Source: Octopus vulgaris (taxonomy: Eukaryota). Taken from it: a DNA stretch of 64,000 nt. The stretch lies in the NCBI GenBank assembly GCA_951406725.2, contig OX597826.1:46934001-46998000 (forward strand), given 5' to 3'. Under the pieces are notes generated by a model. The model was not told the DNA's origin and ran no database searches. It saw only the letters and a program-made list of their open reading frames with translations. The first letter of the stretch is position 1; every line of letters begins with the position of its first letter. Below are positions 1 through 12,730 of this stretch, in pieces. A program made the position numbers and the translations under genes.

Positions 1-392
1 ACTCTTTACTCTTTTACACGTTTCAGTCACTTGACTGTGGCCATGCTAGAGCGCCACCTTTAGTCGAAAAAATCGACTTCAGAACTTATTCTTTGTTAGC
101 CTAGTACTTGTTCTATCGGGTTCTTTTGCCGAACTGCTAAGTTTCGGAGACATAAATACACCAACATCGATTGTCAAACACAGGGGGAACACAGTAACAA
201 AGACACACACACACACATATGTATATCTATCTATCTATCTCTCTCTATATATATATATACACGACGGGCTTCTTTTAGTTAACAAATCCACTCACAAGGT
301 TTTGGTCGGCCGAAAGCTATAGTAGGGTGCCACGCAGTGGGACTGAACCTGAAACCACGTGGTTAAGCAAGCTCCTTGTCACGCAGCCACGC
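1..392 (-). mobile_element. tRNA-derived SINE, family A
   Basis: Reverse complement matches the full copy at 1092-1537 (tail, internal CA/TA microsatellite, head), with an internal deletion. Confidence 0.85.
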
Positions 393-770
393 AAGGAAAA
401 AGGAAAGGGCAAACCAAATAATTTTCCTTGGTCTATTTTTAGGTCTATTATTATTACTCTGATTAATATTAGAAGAATTATGTATAAATTTATCTTTGAA
501 GCTACTATTGGCTAGGGCATTGTTATAGTAGGGAGCTGCTTTCTGGAAAAATTCTTCAGAGGAATAGAGGTTAAACATGCTGTTACTAATATTAGCTATC
601 AGGTTTCTAAAAATGACAGTGGGGTAACAAAACCTTATGTATATAGGCGTGTTTCTCATTAGGCATATGGAAAAGGTTATTCGAGGAGGGGTTCAGATCG
701 AGAGAAACATCTAAGAAATCAACTATAGACAGATTAGTAGCTACTGCAAGTTTAAGATCTCCTTGACTGA
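393..770 (-). mobile_element. Degenerate Penelope-like element RT C-terminal fragment
   Basis: Minus-strand translation gives LKLAVATNLSIVDFLDVSLDLN...PNEK and, after a frameshift, NISNSMFNLYSSEEFFQKAAPYYNNAL...RPRKIIWF. These resemble the PLE RT motifs FLDVxL, AAPxYNxAL and RxIIWF. Confidence 0.75.
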
Positions 771-859
771 AGCTAGATAGATAACTAGACAGAGGGAATA
801 CTGTAAAGTTACTGGCTTCAGGCTATCGCGAAAGGCCTGGGTGGAAACCCAAACTTCAC

Positions 860-985
860 AGTTCTTCGACATGGCTTATAAAAACTGAAGGACCACTGCA
901 ATATGTGTTTGGATTTGAGAGAAGAATATGTTGAATAAAATCATAATTAACTGATCCTCTTGCATTTTCTTTTACCCCAATGTGT
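860..985 (+). mobile_element. Possible mariner transposase C-terminal relic
   Basis: CNMCLDLREEYVE-stop resembles the mariner C-terminus WxKCIxxxGEYVE; very degenerate. Confidence 0.35.
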
Positions 986-1034
986 GTGTATATATATATA
1001 TCCATACATACATACACACACACGCATATATATA

Positions 1035-1091
<57 letters not shown>

Positions 1092-1094
<3 letters not shown>

Positions 1095-1255
1095 CGTAGG
1101 AGTGGCTGTGTGGTAAGTAGCTTGCTTACCAACCACATGGTTCCGGGTTCAGTCCCACTGTGTGGAACCTTGGGCAAGTGTCTTCTACTATAGCCTCGGG
1201 CCGACCAAAGCCTTGTGAGTGGATTTGGTAGACGGAAACTGAAAGAAGCCCGTCG

Positions 1256-1326
<71 letters not shown>

Positions 1327-1537
1327 TTGTGTGTCTGTGTTTGTCCCCCTAGTATTGCTTGACAACCAATGCTGGTGTGTTTATGTCCCCGTCACTTAGC
1401 CGTTTGGCAAAAGAGGCCGATAGAATAAGTACTGGGCTTACAAAGAATAAGTCCCTGGGTCGAGTTGCTCGACTAAAGGCAGTGCTCCAGCATGGCCGCA
1501 GTCAAATGACTGAAACAAGTAAAAGTGTAAAAGAGCT
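1092..1537 (+). mobile_element. Full-length tRNA-derived SINE, family A, with internal microsatellite
   Basis: Pol III A-box TGGCTGTGTGG and B-box GGTTCAGTCCC; CORE-like segment ACCTTGGGCAAGTGTCTT; central (TA)n(TG)n; tail ending GAAACAAGTAAAAG. More than 10 related copies in the window. Confidence 0.9.
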
Positions 1538-1546
1538 CTTTTGATA

Positions 1547-1639
<93 letters not shown>

Positions 1640-1858
1640 AATGCAAATACCGAGAAATCTTGCGTAACAGGTGTTAGTTCAACGAGATACATCTTGTGAT
1701 CTTGTAATCACCCGAGGTGACATATCTACACCGAAGGATATACCTAGACCAGATAATCAGTATTCCACCTGTGAAGGATCGATGCTAGATGGTCGAAAAA
1801 ATGTAGTGATCAATAAACTTTCTCGTATCTTCCGTCTTCCGGCTCTCTCATTAATCAT
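1640..1858 (+). mobile_element. Probable PLE terminal fragment between (TA)n tracts with a decayed hammerhead
   Basis: 1766-1808 reads cac CTG-TGA ag GATC-loop-GGTC GAA..GTA gtg (core lacks one base), followed by AATAAA. Confidence 0.35.
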
Positions 1859-1887
1859 ATATATATATATATATATACATATATATA

Positions 1888-2148
1888 GCTTACGATCGTG
1901 AGATTGTGAGCTCGAATCCCGGACCGGTCTGCTTGTTCTGTTCTTGAGCAAGACACTTTATTTCACGTTGCTCCAGTTCACTCAGCTGTAGAAATGAGTT
2001 GCGACGTCACAGGTGCCAAGCTGTATCAGCCCTTGCCTTTCCCTTGGATAATACTGGTGGCGTGGAGAGGGGAGGCCGGACTTGTGCCTGGGAGGGTAAC
2101 TTTCTAGGTGCAATCCCATGGTCAGTGTCGTGACCGAAGGGTGTCTCA
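1888..2148 (+). mobile_element. 5'-truncated SINE, family D
   Basis: B-box-like GAGCTCGAATCCC then CORE-like GTTCTTGAGCAAGACACTTTA. Degenerate relatives at about 4860-4998 (-) and 51100-51220 (+). Confidence 0.65.
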
Positions 2149-2876
2149 GAAATATATATACATATAAAGGTCTTAGTAACGTATAAAGAGACGATATTTC
2201 CAGAGAAGTACTCTTCCTTAGTTTCGGGCTATTAACACTGTCAGATTTCAAACTAATACCAAAATTCATACATACATACATACAGGTCACAAGAACATCG
2301 GTTCAACCCCCGAGGTACATCGTTTGTACCACAAACATGTTCTGGTGCTCTGATGAGCTTGCTTTCTTTATTTGAATTGTTTAATGAATATAAAATTTAA
2401 ATGTATAATGTGTGGCATACTTACTAATGTAGACAAATAAACATAATTCCTTACACACCGAAATCATTATTACATGAAGAAATCTGCGGAACAGCCGTTC
2501 AATACCGTTTCATGTCGTGAGTTAGCCCCTCATCTCTGTAGAGTATTATATCAAAGAAAAACTTTGCTGTGTATTGATTACAAAACTGTTTTGCTTGTTT
2601 ATACATAGAAACACATGAGCACGTACATATACATATATTTACCAAGATTCACACATTTATAAATATATATTTAGTTTCTGCTTCCTGTTCAAAAAGTTCA
2701 TTTCGAAGAATCCGAAGAATGGATTGTAAGAAGATTTACTTTGCATTGCGTACAATTGTCTCTTTTGCTCATGCAACCAGAAGTATACACACATCCGCGC
2801 GTGGGTATGTATGTACATATGTATGCATGCATTTATCGAAGGATGGATGGATTGATATATACATATATATATACTG

Positions 2877-2953
<77 letters not shown>

Positions 2954-3313
2954 TACACACACATACACACACACACACGCACACACATATTCATGTGTAC
3001 GTACGTACATGGAATGGAGGAAAGAAGACCTACGGGTGGGGAAGAAATCTTGATAAATAGCTGTTTCAAAAAGGAAATAAAAAGAATTGTTTCGAAATAG
3101 TGTCAGAGAAAGGAGTTGAGATAAGGTGAAGAAGAGGAAAGAGATGTCTGCTGTGATTAAGAGCAAGGCAACGAGGGAAGGAGGAGAGACAGGAAAGCAA
3201 GTTCGTATTTTTTCAGGGAGAGAAAGATATTGTTCTGAAGAGAAACGAAGTTTTTAAGCTGGGAAACTAATCGTTAAACTAGATAGACACTATATGTGTA
3301 TGCGTGCGTATGT

Positions 3314-3368
<55 letters not shown>

Positions 3369-3484
3369 TGTGTGTGTGAATATATGGATATATCTATGTA
3401 CATATGTATTCGTCTATAATATGTCGGTATATGTATAAATGTTATCTATGTGTGTGTGTAATATATATATATAATATATATATA

Positions 3485-3569
<85 letters not shown>

Positions 3570-3832
3570 ATATGTGTGTATGCATGTATGTCTACATCAA
3601 TATATATATATAAACATATATCTATATATGTATGTATATATTTGGGTGTGTGGGGGTGTGTGTGTATGTGCAAAATAGATAAACGTAGATAATAGACATG
3701 AAAGGAGCAATGTAGAGACAGAGAGATAAATAGCGAGGGAGTGAGAGAGAGAGAGAGCGAACATGAGAGAAAGTACATATGAAAGAGAGGGAGAGCTATA
3801 GATAGCTATAAAGAGCTAGAGAGAGAGGGGGA

Positions 3833-3875
<43 letters not shown>

Positions 3876-4166
3876 AGTCCACTGTCATTACACATTTGAA
3901 GAAGAGGGTACATAAGAAGATAATAAAAGGTTTGGCGTTGGTCGTAGTAATAAAGTTTACGAGGGTGATAGGAAGAGATAATGTATAATAGATAAGTTTT
4001 CCTCAGAGATGGAAAGATAAGATGAGATGTTCCTCTCCACCTCCAGAGAAAAATTTCAGTAGCAGGGTAAAAGGGTCGGAAGGCGGGGAGGTTAAAATTA
4101 TTTGATATTAATTAGTTTATAGTTGACAGACGTTGGTTGTTTTAGATTACAATGTCAACACACATT

Positions 4167-4208
<42 letters not shown>

Positions 4209-4292
4209 AATATATGTATATATATAGTTAATCCAAACAAGAAAACACAAAAAATCAACAACGCGAGGACGTGGAACAAATATATTATTATG

Positions 4293-4324
<32 letters not shown>

Positions 4325-4422
4325 CAAAACATGTATACAAATACACGCACGCACATCCGCACAGCCTCGTCCAGAAATACTGACATTTAATATACACATA
4401 TAGGCATATGTATATATATGTA

Positions 4423-4470
<48 letters not shown>

Positions 4471-5039
4471 CACTTATATTCATGCACAAAATCACCCCAA
4501 AGAAAACATGCGTACGCATGTATACGGAATTTTAAGAAAATTAATGTAGTCACTTTCATACGTTTGTATAAAGCTGAAACAGAAAACGTAGTCACATTTG
4601 ACCCTGATTGGATGCATGACTAAAACACGCACACAAACACGCAAAAAATGAAACCTATGTATGCATTTGCACCCGCACACACACACGCATATACAAACTC
4701 TCCCGTCGTTTGAAGGTCGTAAGAGGTTTCGGCAAAGAAATTGCCGAACAACCACGCGGATGATTTTGTTCATAGTGACCAAATGTTTGTGGGAACACAT
4801 AAGCGCAGTCCCTCCATCAAATCGACGCTACCTGTTTAGGTGCACCGCGTGCCCACATGTCAGATGACAAAATGATCGCGGAGCAACGTGTAACGAAGTG
4901 CTTTCCACGAGACCAAAACGCAACGCCCGGTGTGGGAATCGGACCCATGATCTCGCATATGTGAATGTAATAACCCCCTAACTACTAAGTCATGCGACTT
5001 CAGCATACACACACATACCACATATATATACATATATAT

Positions 5040-5130
<91 letters not shown>

Positions 5131-5283
5131 TATATATATATATATACTTATATATATAAATATTTGTATATATATATATATATATACATGTATATATACA
5201 TATATGCATACATATATACATACACACATATATATATATATACATACATATATGTGTATATATATATCTATATATGTGTGTAT

Positions 5284-5314
<31 letters not shown>

Positions 5315-5403
5315 CATACGTATACATATATATGTGTATATATATACATATATATATATATACATATATAATATATATATATATATATTTATACATAGAT
5401 AAA

Positions 5404-6315
5404 TAGATAAAACAGGGGACAACTGATGAAGGGATTGTTCTTTATGTTGCTTTTCTCATTTCTTTATTTGTTTCTTTCGTTGTCCGAAAAAAAGTTCGTT
5501 TTGAATGTTTTTGTTTTTTATGTTCTCGTTTTTCATTTTGTTCACGTTTCGTTTTTGACGTTCTGTACCCAAATATGCATGTATATATACACATATATAT
5601 ATGTAGGTATGTACAGGTATGTATATATGCTTATATATATTATTTATATTATTATATGATCGAATGCCACGCATCCTTTTCCAAGTAAGTTTTATCTTAA
5701 TTACGATGCGCACTCTACATTCTCTGTTCTCCCTTTATCACTATTCTTCTTTCTGTCTGTCTTTTTCTTCTCTCCCTTCACCGCTCACTTTGTCGCCTCC
5801 TCTCTCTCCCCCCTCTCTGTCGTTGCTAACATGTGACCAGCGGCTATCGTTCTGTTTTCCTCTAGCTTTACAAGAGATAAGACCAGCTTTTGCCTATCTC
5901 TTGTCAGAGCTCCTTTCTCCAGCGTTCACCACTTCACCTCGTTATGGCTTAACAGTCCATCACCGCTTGTTTTTAATGTTTTGTTCTTACTGACCTGTTT
6001 TTGTTACCACTTTAACACTCAGCAAAAATTCCAAATTTTATTTGATTTACTTTGCAGGAAGGACAGGTTTAACGAAGTCGCGTCTTGTCCCAATCTTCGG
6101 AACGCGGAGTAGATAAAACAAGGGACAACTGATGAAGGCATTGTTCTTTATGTTGCTTGTCTCGTTTCTCTATTTGTTTCTTTCGTTGTCCGAAAAATGT
6201 TCGTTTTCCATGTTTTGTTTTTTATATTCTCGTTTTTCATTTCACGTTTTTTTTACGTCCTGTATCCATACATTCATGTATATATACAAATACATGTAGG
6301 TATGTAAATGTATGT
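5404..6315 (+). mobile_element. Non-coding retrozyme/PLE-like repeat (family E): 706-nt unit plus about 210-nt terminal redundancy
   Basis: 5404-5618 is directly repeated at 6110-6315 (CTGATGA at 5423 and 6129). No real ORF; begins next to a TA-rich microsatellite. Relatives at 42140-42305 (-) and 45460-46000 (-). Confidence 0.75.
6078..6143 (+). ncRNA. Candidate non-circularly permuted (pseudoknotted) hammerhead ribozyme
   Basis: CGCG-UC 6079-6084; UUGUCCC 6085-6091; AAUCUUC GGAA CGCG 6092-6106; A-rich linker; GGGACAA CUGAUGA 6122-6135. Stem I 7 bp, stem III 5-6 bp, stem II weak; this copy has GGAA instead of GAAA. Confidence 0.6.
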
Positions 6316-6457
6316 TGACAGAGAAAAGAAGGGTTGAAGTCGATGAAGGGGAAGGTGAAAGGCTAGAAATACAAGAGGGACAGAGAAAAAGTGTAAATAG
6401 AAAGGACAGAATAGAAGTGTGAGGGTGGGAGAAAGAAAAAGGGAAAGAATGAAGGCA

Positions 6458-6518
<61 letters not shown>

Positions 6519-7645
6519 TTAACAGGCACCAACAAGCTAAGAGTTGTGCAGCAAAGGAGAAAAGGGGCTGCAAACATACCGCTTGCACTGAGTCGTATTC
6601 CTCATACTTGCAATATCTGTGAGCCTCTGCCAGTGAAGGTGGTATATTTGCAGCCACTTTCCTCCTTTGTCCTGCATTCCTGAGCTTGCTAATGCTGGTT
6701 GCATCAAATTTTCTGATCCAATTTGACACGACGGTCTCCATTTTGTTCGCTCCAAGGACGTTTGTTCAAAGGCGTTGTGAGCTATATTGACTGCGGAGAG
6801 GTTACTCTTCAGTTTGTCCTTATATCTGAACAATGGTCGACCAACATTCCTGTACCCACTATCAAGTTGGCTGTACATGACAACCTTGGGTATTCTTTTG
6901 TCACTAATTCTAACGACATGTCCAGCCCAGCGCAATTGTGACTGCATAAGGAAGCTTTCGATTCCACCAATCTTACACATGCTAAACAGGTCGGCCTTTG
7001 AAGCTCTATATTTTAGTGAATAACCTATTTCTTTACTACCCACAAAGGGCTAAACACAGAGAGAACAAACAAGGACAGGCAAAAGGATTAAGTCGATTAT
7101 ATCGACCCCAGTGCGTAACTGGTACTTAATTTATCCACCTCAAAAGGATGAAAGGCAAAGTCGACCTCGGCGGAATTTGAACTCAGGACGTAACGGCAGA
7201 CGAAATACCGCTAGGCATTGTTGCCTTGCATGCTAACGTTTCTGCCAGCTCAGATGTTTAGTTGATTAATGTGCTGTCTATAGGGTGTCCCCAATTCTGA
7301 GCCATAAAAGAGACTAGTAAGAACGGCAGGTTTATAGACCTGTATTTTGGTGTCAAGTTTGATGCCCCTTTCATTCCAGAAGCGATGAGAGAGCAAACAA
7401 AAGAAGGGACATAACACAACCTTGTTTTGTGCTGTTTGTAACATCGAAGGACACCGAAGATTCCCCGTTGGACAGGACAGCAGCCTTCATTCTTAATGAA
7501 AGATGATAACATTCAACATCTTTGCAGGTATTTTTCAGAACTTTCCAAAGTGCTTAACGGTTAATAGTGTCGAAGGCCTTAGTAAGGTCAACGAATACCG
7601 TGAAAAACCTATGTTCTTACGTGAGAAAAATCTAGAGTTGTTCAA
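6519..7645 (-). mobile_element. RTE-clade LINE 3' fragment, internally deleted and interrupted by a SINE
   Basis: Peptides FVDLTKAFDTINR (RT), TKIQVYKPAVLTSLFYGSE and QLRWAGHVVRISDKRIPK...GRPLFRYKDKLK, typical of RTE/BovB-like ORF ends. Confidence 0.9.
7021..7250 (-). mobile_element. SINE family B inserted in the RTE fragment
   Basis: Matches 28750-28986; shares the B-box-containing GAGTTCAAATTCCGCCGAGGTCGACTTTGCCTTTCATCC segment. Confidence 0.85.
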
Positions 7646-7680
<35 letters not shown>

Positions 7681-7733
7681 CAAACACATATACATATATT
7701 TTCATGTGGATCTATACACACACACACATACAC

Positions 7734-7784
<51 letters not shown>

Positions 7785-7991
7785 CATATATATATACATA
7801 CACACATATATATATGTGTGTGTGTGTGTGTGTATGTATAGAAACTGAGAAAGAAGGGGTAGAACATACTTATAAATACACATGGCTATATGCGCATACA
7901 CATATGAACACACACATACACACATGGATAGACATTCCTGAAGGCAAACATTCAAAATGCTTCACACAAATATACATAATACAAAGATATG

Positions 7992-8059
<68 letters not shown>

Positions 8060-8332
8060 CGCACAAACGGTGAGAGAGAGACTATCACATCTGGCGGCTG
8101 ATTCCAGCTGGCAGCCAATCTGAATCGTTGCTATTGTTTTTAACAGAATAACATGACAGCTATGGTTTATAGCTTATCATGGAATTATATTCAATAGATA
8201 AGAGAGAGAATTGATGGAGGAGAAGGAAATTAGAGTTGCGGGTACACGTGTAGACAGCTTCCTTACATATCTTCAGAAATGTTCACACACAAATATACAT
8301 ACACACTCCGATTCGTGTATATATATATATAC

Positions 8333-8414
<82 letters not shown>

Positions 8415-8431
8415 AAAAGAGAGAAAAGAGA

Positions 8432-8473
<42 letters not shown>

Positions 8474-8550
8474 GAGGGGAGCGCCTGTGTGTGTACATGT
8501 GTATGTGTATCTGCGCGAGCAAATACATACATTTTCACACCCATAATATG

Positions 8551-8639
<89 letters not shown>

Positions 8640-8646
8640 ATATGTA

Positions 8647-8687
<41 letters not shown>

Positions 8688-8770
8688 TATATAGAAGGAG
8701 CTTCTACAGGACTAGTACTATGTATTGAGTACCTTACTTACTGTGGTTAACCCCGAATCAACCCGGGACC

Positions 8771-8812
<42 letters not shown>

Positions 8813-9499
8813 CAAACATACACATATATATAAAACAAAATATCTGTGAACGTGTGTAGTTATGTATGTGTCTGTATGTATGAGTGTATGTATGCATGTA
8901 TGTACGTATGTATGTATTAATGTATGTATAATCTAGAAATAAAGTGACTACCACATTTGATATCAAAAGCAGAAGAAAAGTTTATATATATATGAAACAA
9001 AACAGAAATAGTAACTAGACGAGTAAATGGAATAGAATTAAAATGAAATTTATTCTTTGTTAGATTTCTGATGAAAGTCGTTTTCTTTTTTTCAAGAAAC
9101 ACATTTTATTTTTCTTCTAATTGGTTTTGGGATACGTTACTGCATGCATACATACATGAATACAAACCCACGCTACCATACCCACACATACACACACATA
9201 CACACACATATATATACATACATGCGTAGTGCGTACGTACATGTGTATGTGTGTGTGTGTATGATAAAGAAAATGTGGCACGGAGAGACGGTAAAGGGAT
9301 TTACGAAGTACCAGTGAAAAACACAAAGACAACGGAGCCAGAAAAACTGATACCCTCATCAGTTGTTGACCTTATATTATCACAATTTCATCTCTTTTAG
9401 TATTTTGATATTGTTTAGTTCAACAATGAACAAATGTACAAAATGTACCATTGTTCAACAAGGAATAAATGTACCAAAATGTAGTGAATGTGTTCATGT

Positions 9500-9860
9500 T
9501 AATAAATTTAGTGTCAGATTCACAAAGTCCACCTCCATCTTCAATACATGGTCATTTTTCTTCAACAGTTAAAATCGAATATGCCCAAAACGGGATGCCT
9601 CGAATTTCCATCCACGCTTCTTTTATTCTTGCTTTTAAACACGCAGTATCTGTGATTACGATTCTGTTGATGTCACCACGAAAATAGTTTCCCCAAATGA
9701 TATCCAAAGATAGCCACTGGAATGAGATCAGATATTGTGACGACCAAATTATTAACAAATCCTTCCTAATTTTCAGACTGGAAATCGAGTAATAACAATT
9801 GACGTACAGCGAGACTATGATATGAAGTACTTCCATCTTGTGGAAGAGTTCTTGTTAAGA
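9500..9860 (-). mobile_element. Tc1-like transposase C-terminal relic
   Basis: Minus-strand peptides QDGSTSYH (QDGAPAH-like), LDIIWG, LKARIKEAWMEI and CIEDGGGLCE; frameshifted. Confidence 0.6.
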
Positions 9861-10962
9861 TTACTCATTTTTTTGTTTGTTTTTCTTTTATCTATTTGGT
9901 ACAAATATATAAAACGATGTAGATAAGCTTTGATAAATTAATATCATCAACAACAATAACAAAAATAATATGAACTCAAAAGGTAGCGAACTGGCAAAAT
10001 CGTTAGCGCACCGGGCAAAATACTTAGCGACATTTCTCCAGGCTTTACGCTCTGAGTTCCAATTCTGCCGAGGTAGTCTTTGCCTTTCTTCCTGTCGGGG
10101 TTAATAAAATAACCATTTGAGTACTGGGGTCAGCTTGCTAGCCTTGTGCCAAAATTTGAGAAGAGACTAAAAAATGCTACGTTGAGTAGCCAGGGCAAAG
10201 AGTATCTTTCGACGTTAAGTGTTTCGTGATATGTTGGTGTTATATCGCACGTTCGAATGGCATGTCTTCGCCAATAACGTACCTTTACTCAACTACCGAA
10301 CTATCACTTCCGACGACTCGACTCAACAGAACTCGACTTCTAGACTACCGACGGCCCCGGCACTTCTACGACTAGCTATCACGTTCACTATTTATACGTA
10401 ATGGACTAGCCTACTTATCGTCTGGGGGCGTCCACACAACAGTTGGAAACATGTCAGAAAGTTCACGTCTCCAGTACAGAAATTAACTCCATTTCTGAAT
10501 AATATATTAAGACTACAGGTAGTCTGTCTCACATTGAGTCAAGGATGTGTGTGCGTATCACCATTATTGTATAATACTCATCATCACATAATTTCTTAAT
10601 CATTAAGAGAGGAAGGCTTTTCATGTCCCTAGATTTTAAACCCTTTCAATAGAGCTGTAGATCACGTGCAGAAACATTGAAGCCTGAACTACTGAATAGA
10701 ATAGATTTTGTGAACAATGAATGATAACAGCTGCCTGTTACACTATAACTGCTTGGTCTTCTGAATGTATGCAAATCCTCAATTAAGCGTATAGCTTCAA
10801 ACAGCTTCAACGTTTCGCGATTGGTAATAAGCTTGAGGACTTTGGCCACTTCTGGATTGTAAATTCTTTAGATTTTACGTTTGATTCGGTATATTGAGCC
10901 ATATTTAGAAAAATGGATACTTTCTCATCATTTGGTAATGGCATTTTCTGATACCCTCAAAT

Positions 10963-11024
<62 letters not shown>

Positions 11025-11026
<2 letters not shown>

Positions 11027-11180
11027 CGGGGACGTGGAACGAGTACAGTGCTATTGGACGCTCAGGAAAGGAAAGAAAGATGGAGGATTTCACATTTCGA
11101 GCGGAGCTCTTCGTCAGAAATATAGAGAAAATCCAAAGAAGGGAAGACGGGGAAAGAAAATCGCCAACGATACACACACG
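11025..11180 (-). mobile_element. PLE terminal-repeat fragment next to (TA)n
   Basis: Shares CGCTCAGGAAA and the hammerhead layout with the PLE end at 46487-46690. A short related piece (GGACGTGGAAC) lies at about 4226-4290. Confidence 0.7.
11088..11120 (-). ncRNA. Minimal type I hammerhead motif with canonical core (decayed stem III)
   Basis: Minus strand: ttt CUGACGA A GAGC-UCC-GCUC GAA AUGU G aaa. The ACGU palindrome appears mutated to AUGU and position 17 is G. Confidence 0.65.
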
Positions 11181-11236
11181 GAGGGAGAGAGAGAGGGAGA
11201 GAAGGAGGGAGAGAGAGGGGAGAGAGACAGAGAGAA

Positions 11237-11294
<58 letters not shown>

Positions 11295-11481
11295 GTATTG
11301 GATGTTGCCGCGTCTTTTTCTTAGCTATCTTTGTTTTATTGCCAAGTTATATTAGAAACAACTTTACATAAAACTGAAGGATAACTCAATAATTTTATTA
11401 AAGTACATAGTTATTATTCTTTAATAAGAATATTGTTGATATCGAAGATTTAGTCTGTTTACCTCTCATCGGTCATACATA

Positions 11482-11528
<47 letters not shown>

Positions 11529-11772
11529 TCTCTTTGTGAATACTAACGAGTAGAATTTGTCTTTGAGGAACATTTGTTATAAAAGAGGAATTATGGGAGC
11601 TCTTCAACGAAGCAAAGAAAGAGACAAGAAAGTGAGAAAGAGAGAGAGAGTGGGAGAGAGAGAAAGAGATGGAGAAAAGGAGAGGAAGAAAGAGATAAGC
11701 AGATATCTAGGTCGGGAGATAAGCAAATATATTGTTATTACAGGTAAATAGATAAGCTGTCTGGGTTCGACG

Positions 11773-11821
<49 letters not shown>

Positions 11822-12167
11822 GGTGTATATACATGTGTATGTGTGTGTGTGTGTGGGCGCGTCCATATATCTACACAATAACTCTCTCGCGCATATATAC
11901 CTGTTTGTTCGAATGTATATATGCGGATACACACAGGCATACTTACATAGGATAAATATGTTTGAAATTGTGGTTTCTTTGGTATGTTTGTTCCCAAACA
12001 ACACTTATTTTAGTGCTGTTGACACCGCCAAATTGAGTGGTACTGCACAGGTGTCGAAACCATAATGATATCCGTGGGGAAGCTGATGATGGAGGTATGT
12101 TGGATTATGTTCGTATGGCTGTTTCTGTAAATTATAACACATCCTTTTGATATATATATATATATAC

Positions 12168-12246
<79 letters not shown>

Positions 12247-12249
<3 letters not shown>

Positions 12250-12454
12250 TAATAATCCTTCACCATATCGCGGTTCATCTATCGCGGTTTATTAATTAAC
12301 CCTACGTCAGTTCCTCTGTGGTATTGTTTTGTATTTATAATAAAATAAATATATGCAAATTATAAAAATTAAAAAAATATACAGTACAGTACTGTTTCTA
12401 CTTCGCGAGAGATTTTAGAACGTAACACCTACGATAGTCGAGGGATTACTACTG
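12247..12454. mobile_element. pogo/Tigger-like MITE
   Basis: Imperfect TIRs CAGTAATAATCCTTC... and ...GAGGGATTACTACTG, flanked by TA on both sides. Confidence 0.7.
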
Positions 12455-12477
12455 TATATATAATATATACATATATA

Positions 12478-12695
12478 TTACGTTGGGGCATAATTATTGC
12501 GGATTTTTTTCAATAAATTTTATTCAACAGAAAATTTAAACAAAACGTCAATTTAGACAAAATACCAAGCAAAAATTGAGGTAGATGGTGAATATGCTCC
12601 GGAAAAATCATTTAAAAATGTTCTTGCTAAATGTTATTGTTTTTGTTGAATAAAATTTATTGGAAAAAGAAAGCCGCAATGATTATGCACCAACC

Positions 12696-12698
<3 letters not shown>
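12478..12698. mobile_element. Mariner-derived MITE
   Basis: TIRs TTACGTTGGGGCATAATTATTGCGG and (reverse complement) TAGGTTGGTGCATAATCATTGCGG, extended inward by CAATAAATTTTATTCAACA / TGTTGAATAAAATTTATTG. Internal EVDGEY peptide remnant. Confidence 0.8.

Positions 12699-12730
<32 letters not shown>

Noticed and set aside
2345-2622. Hammerhead from GUGCU-CUGAUGA (2345-2356) and GAA-ACACAU-G-AGCAC (2608-2622)
   Set aside because: Stem I matches, but the halves are 250 nt apart, there is no stem II, and position 17 is G.
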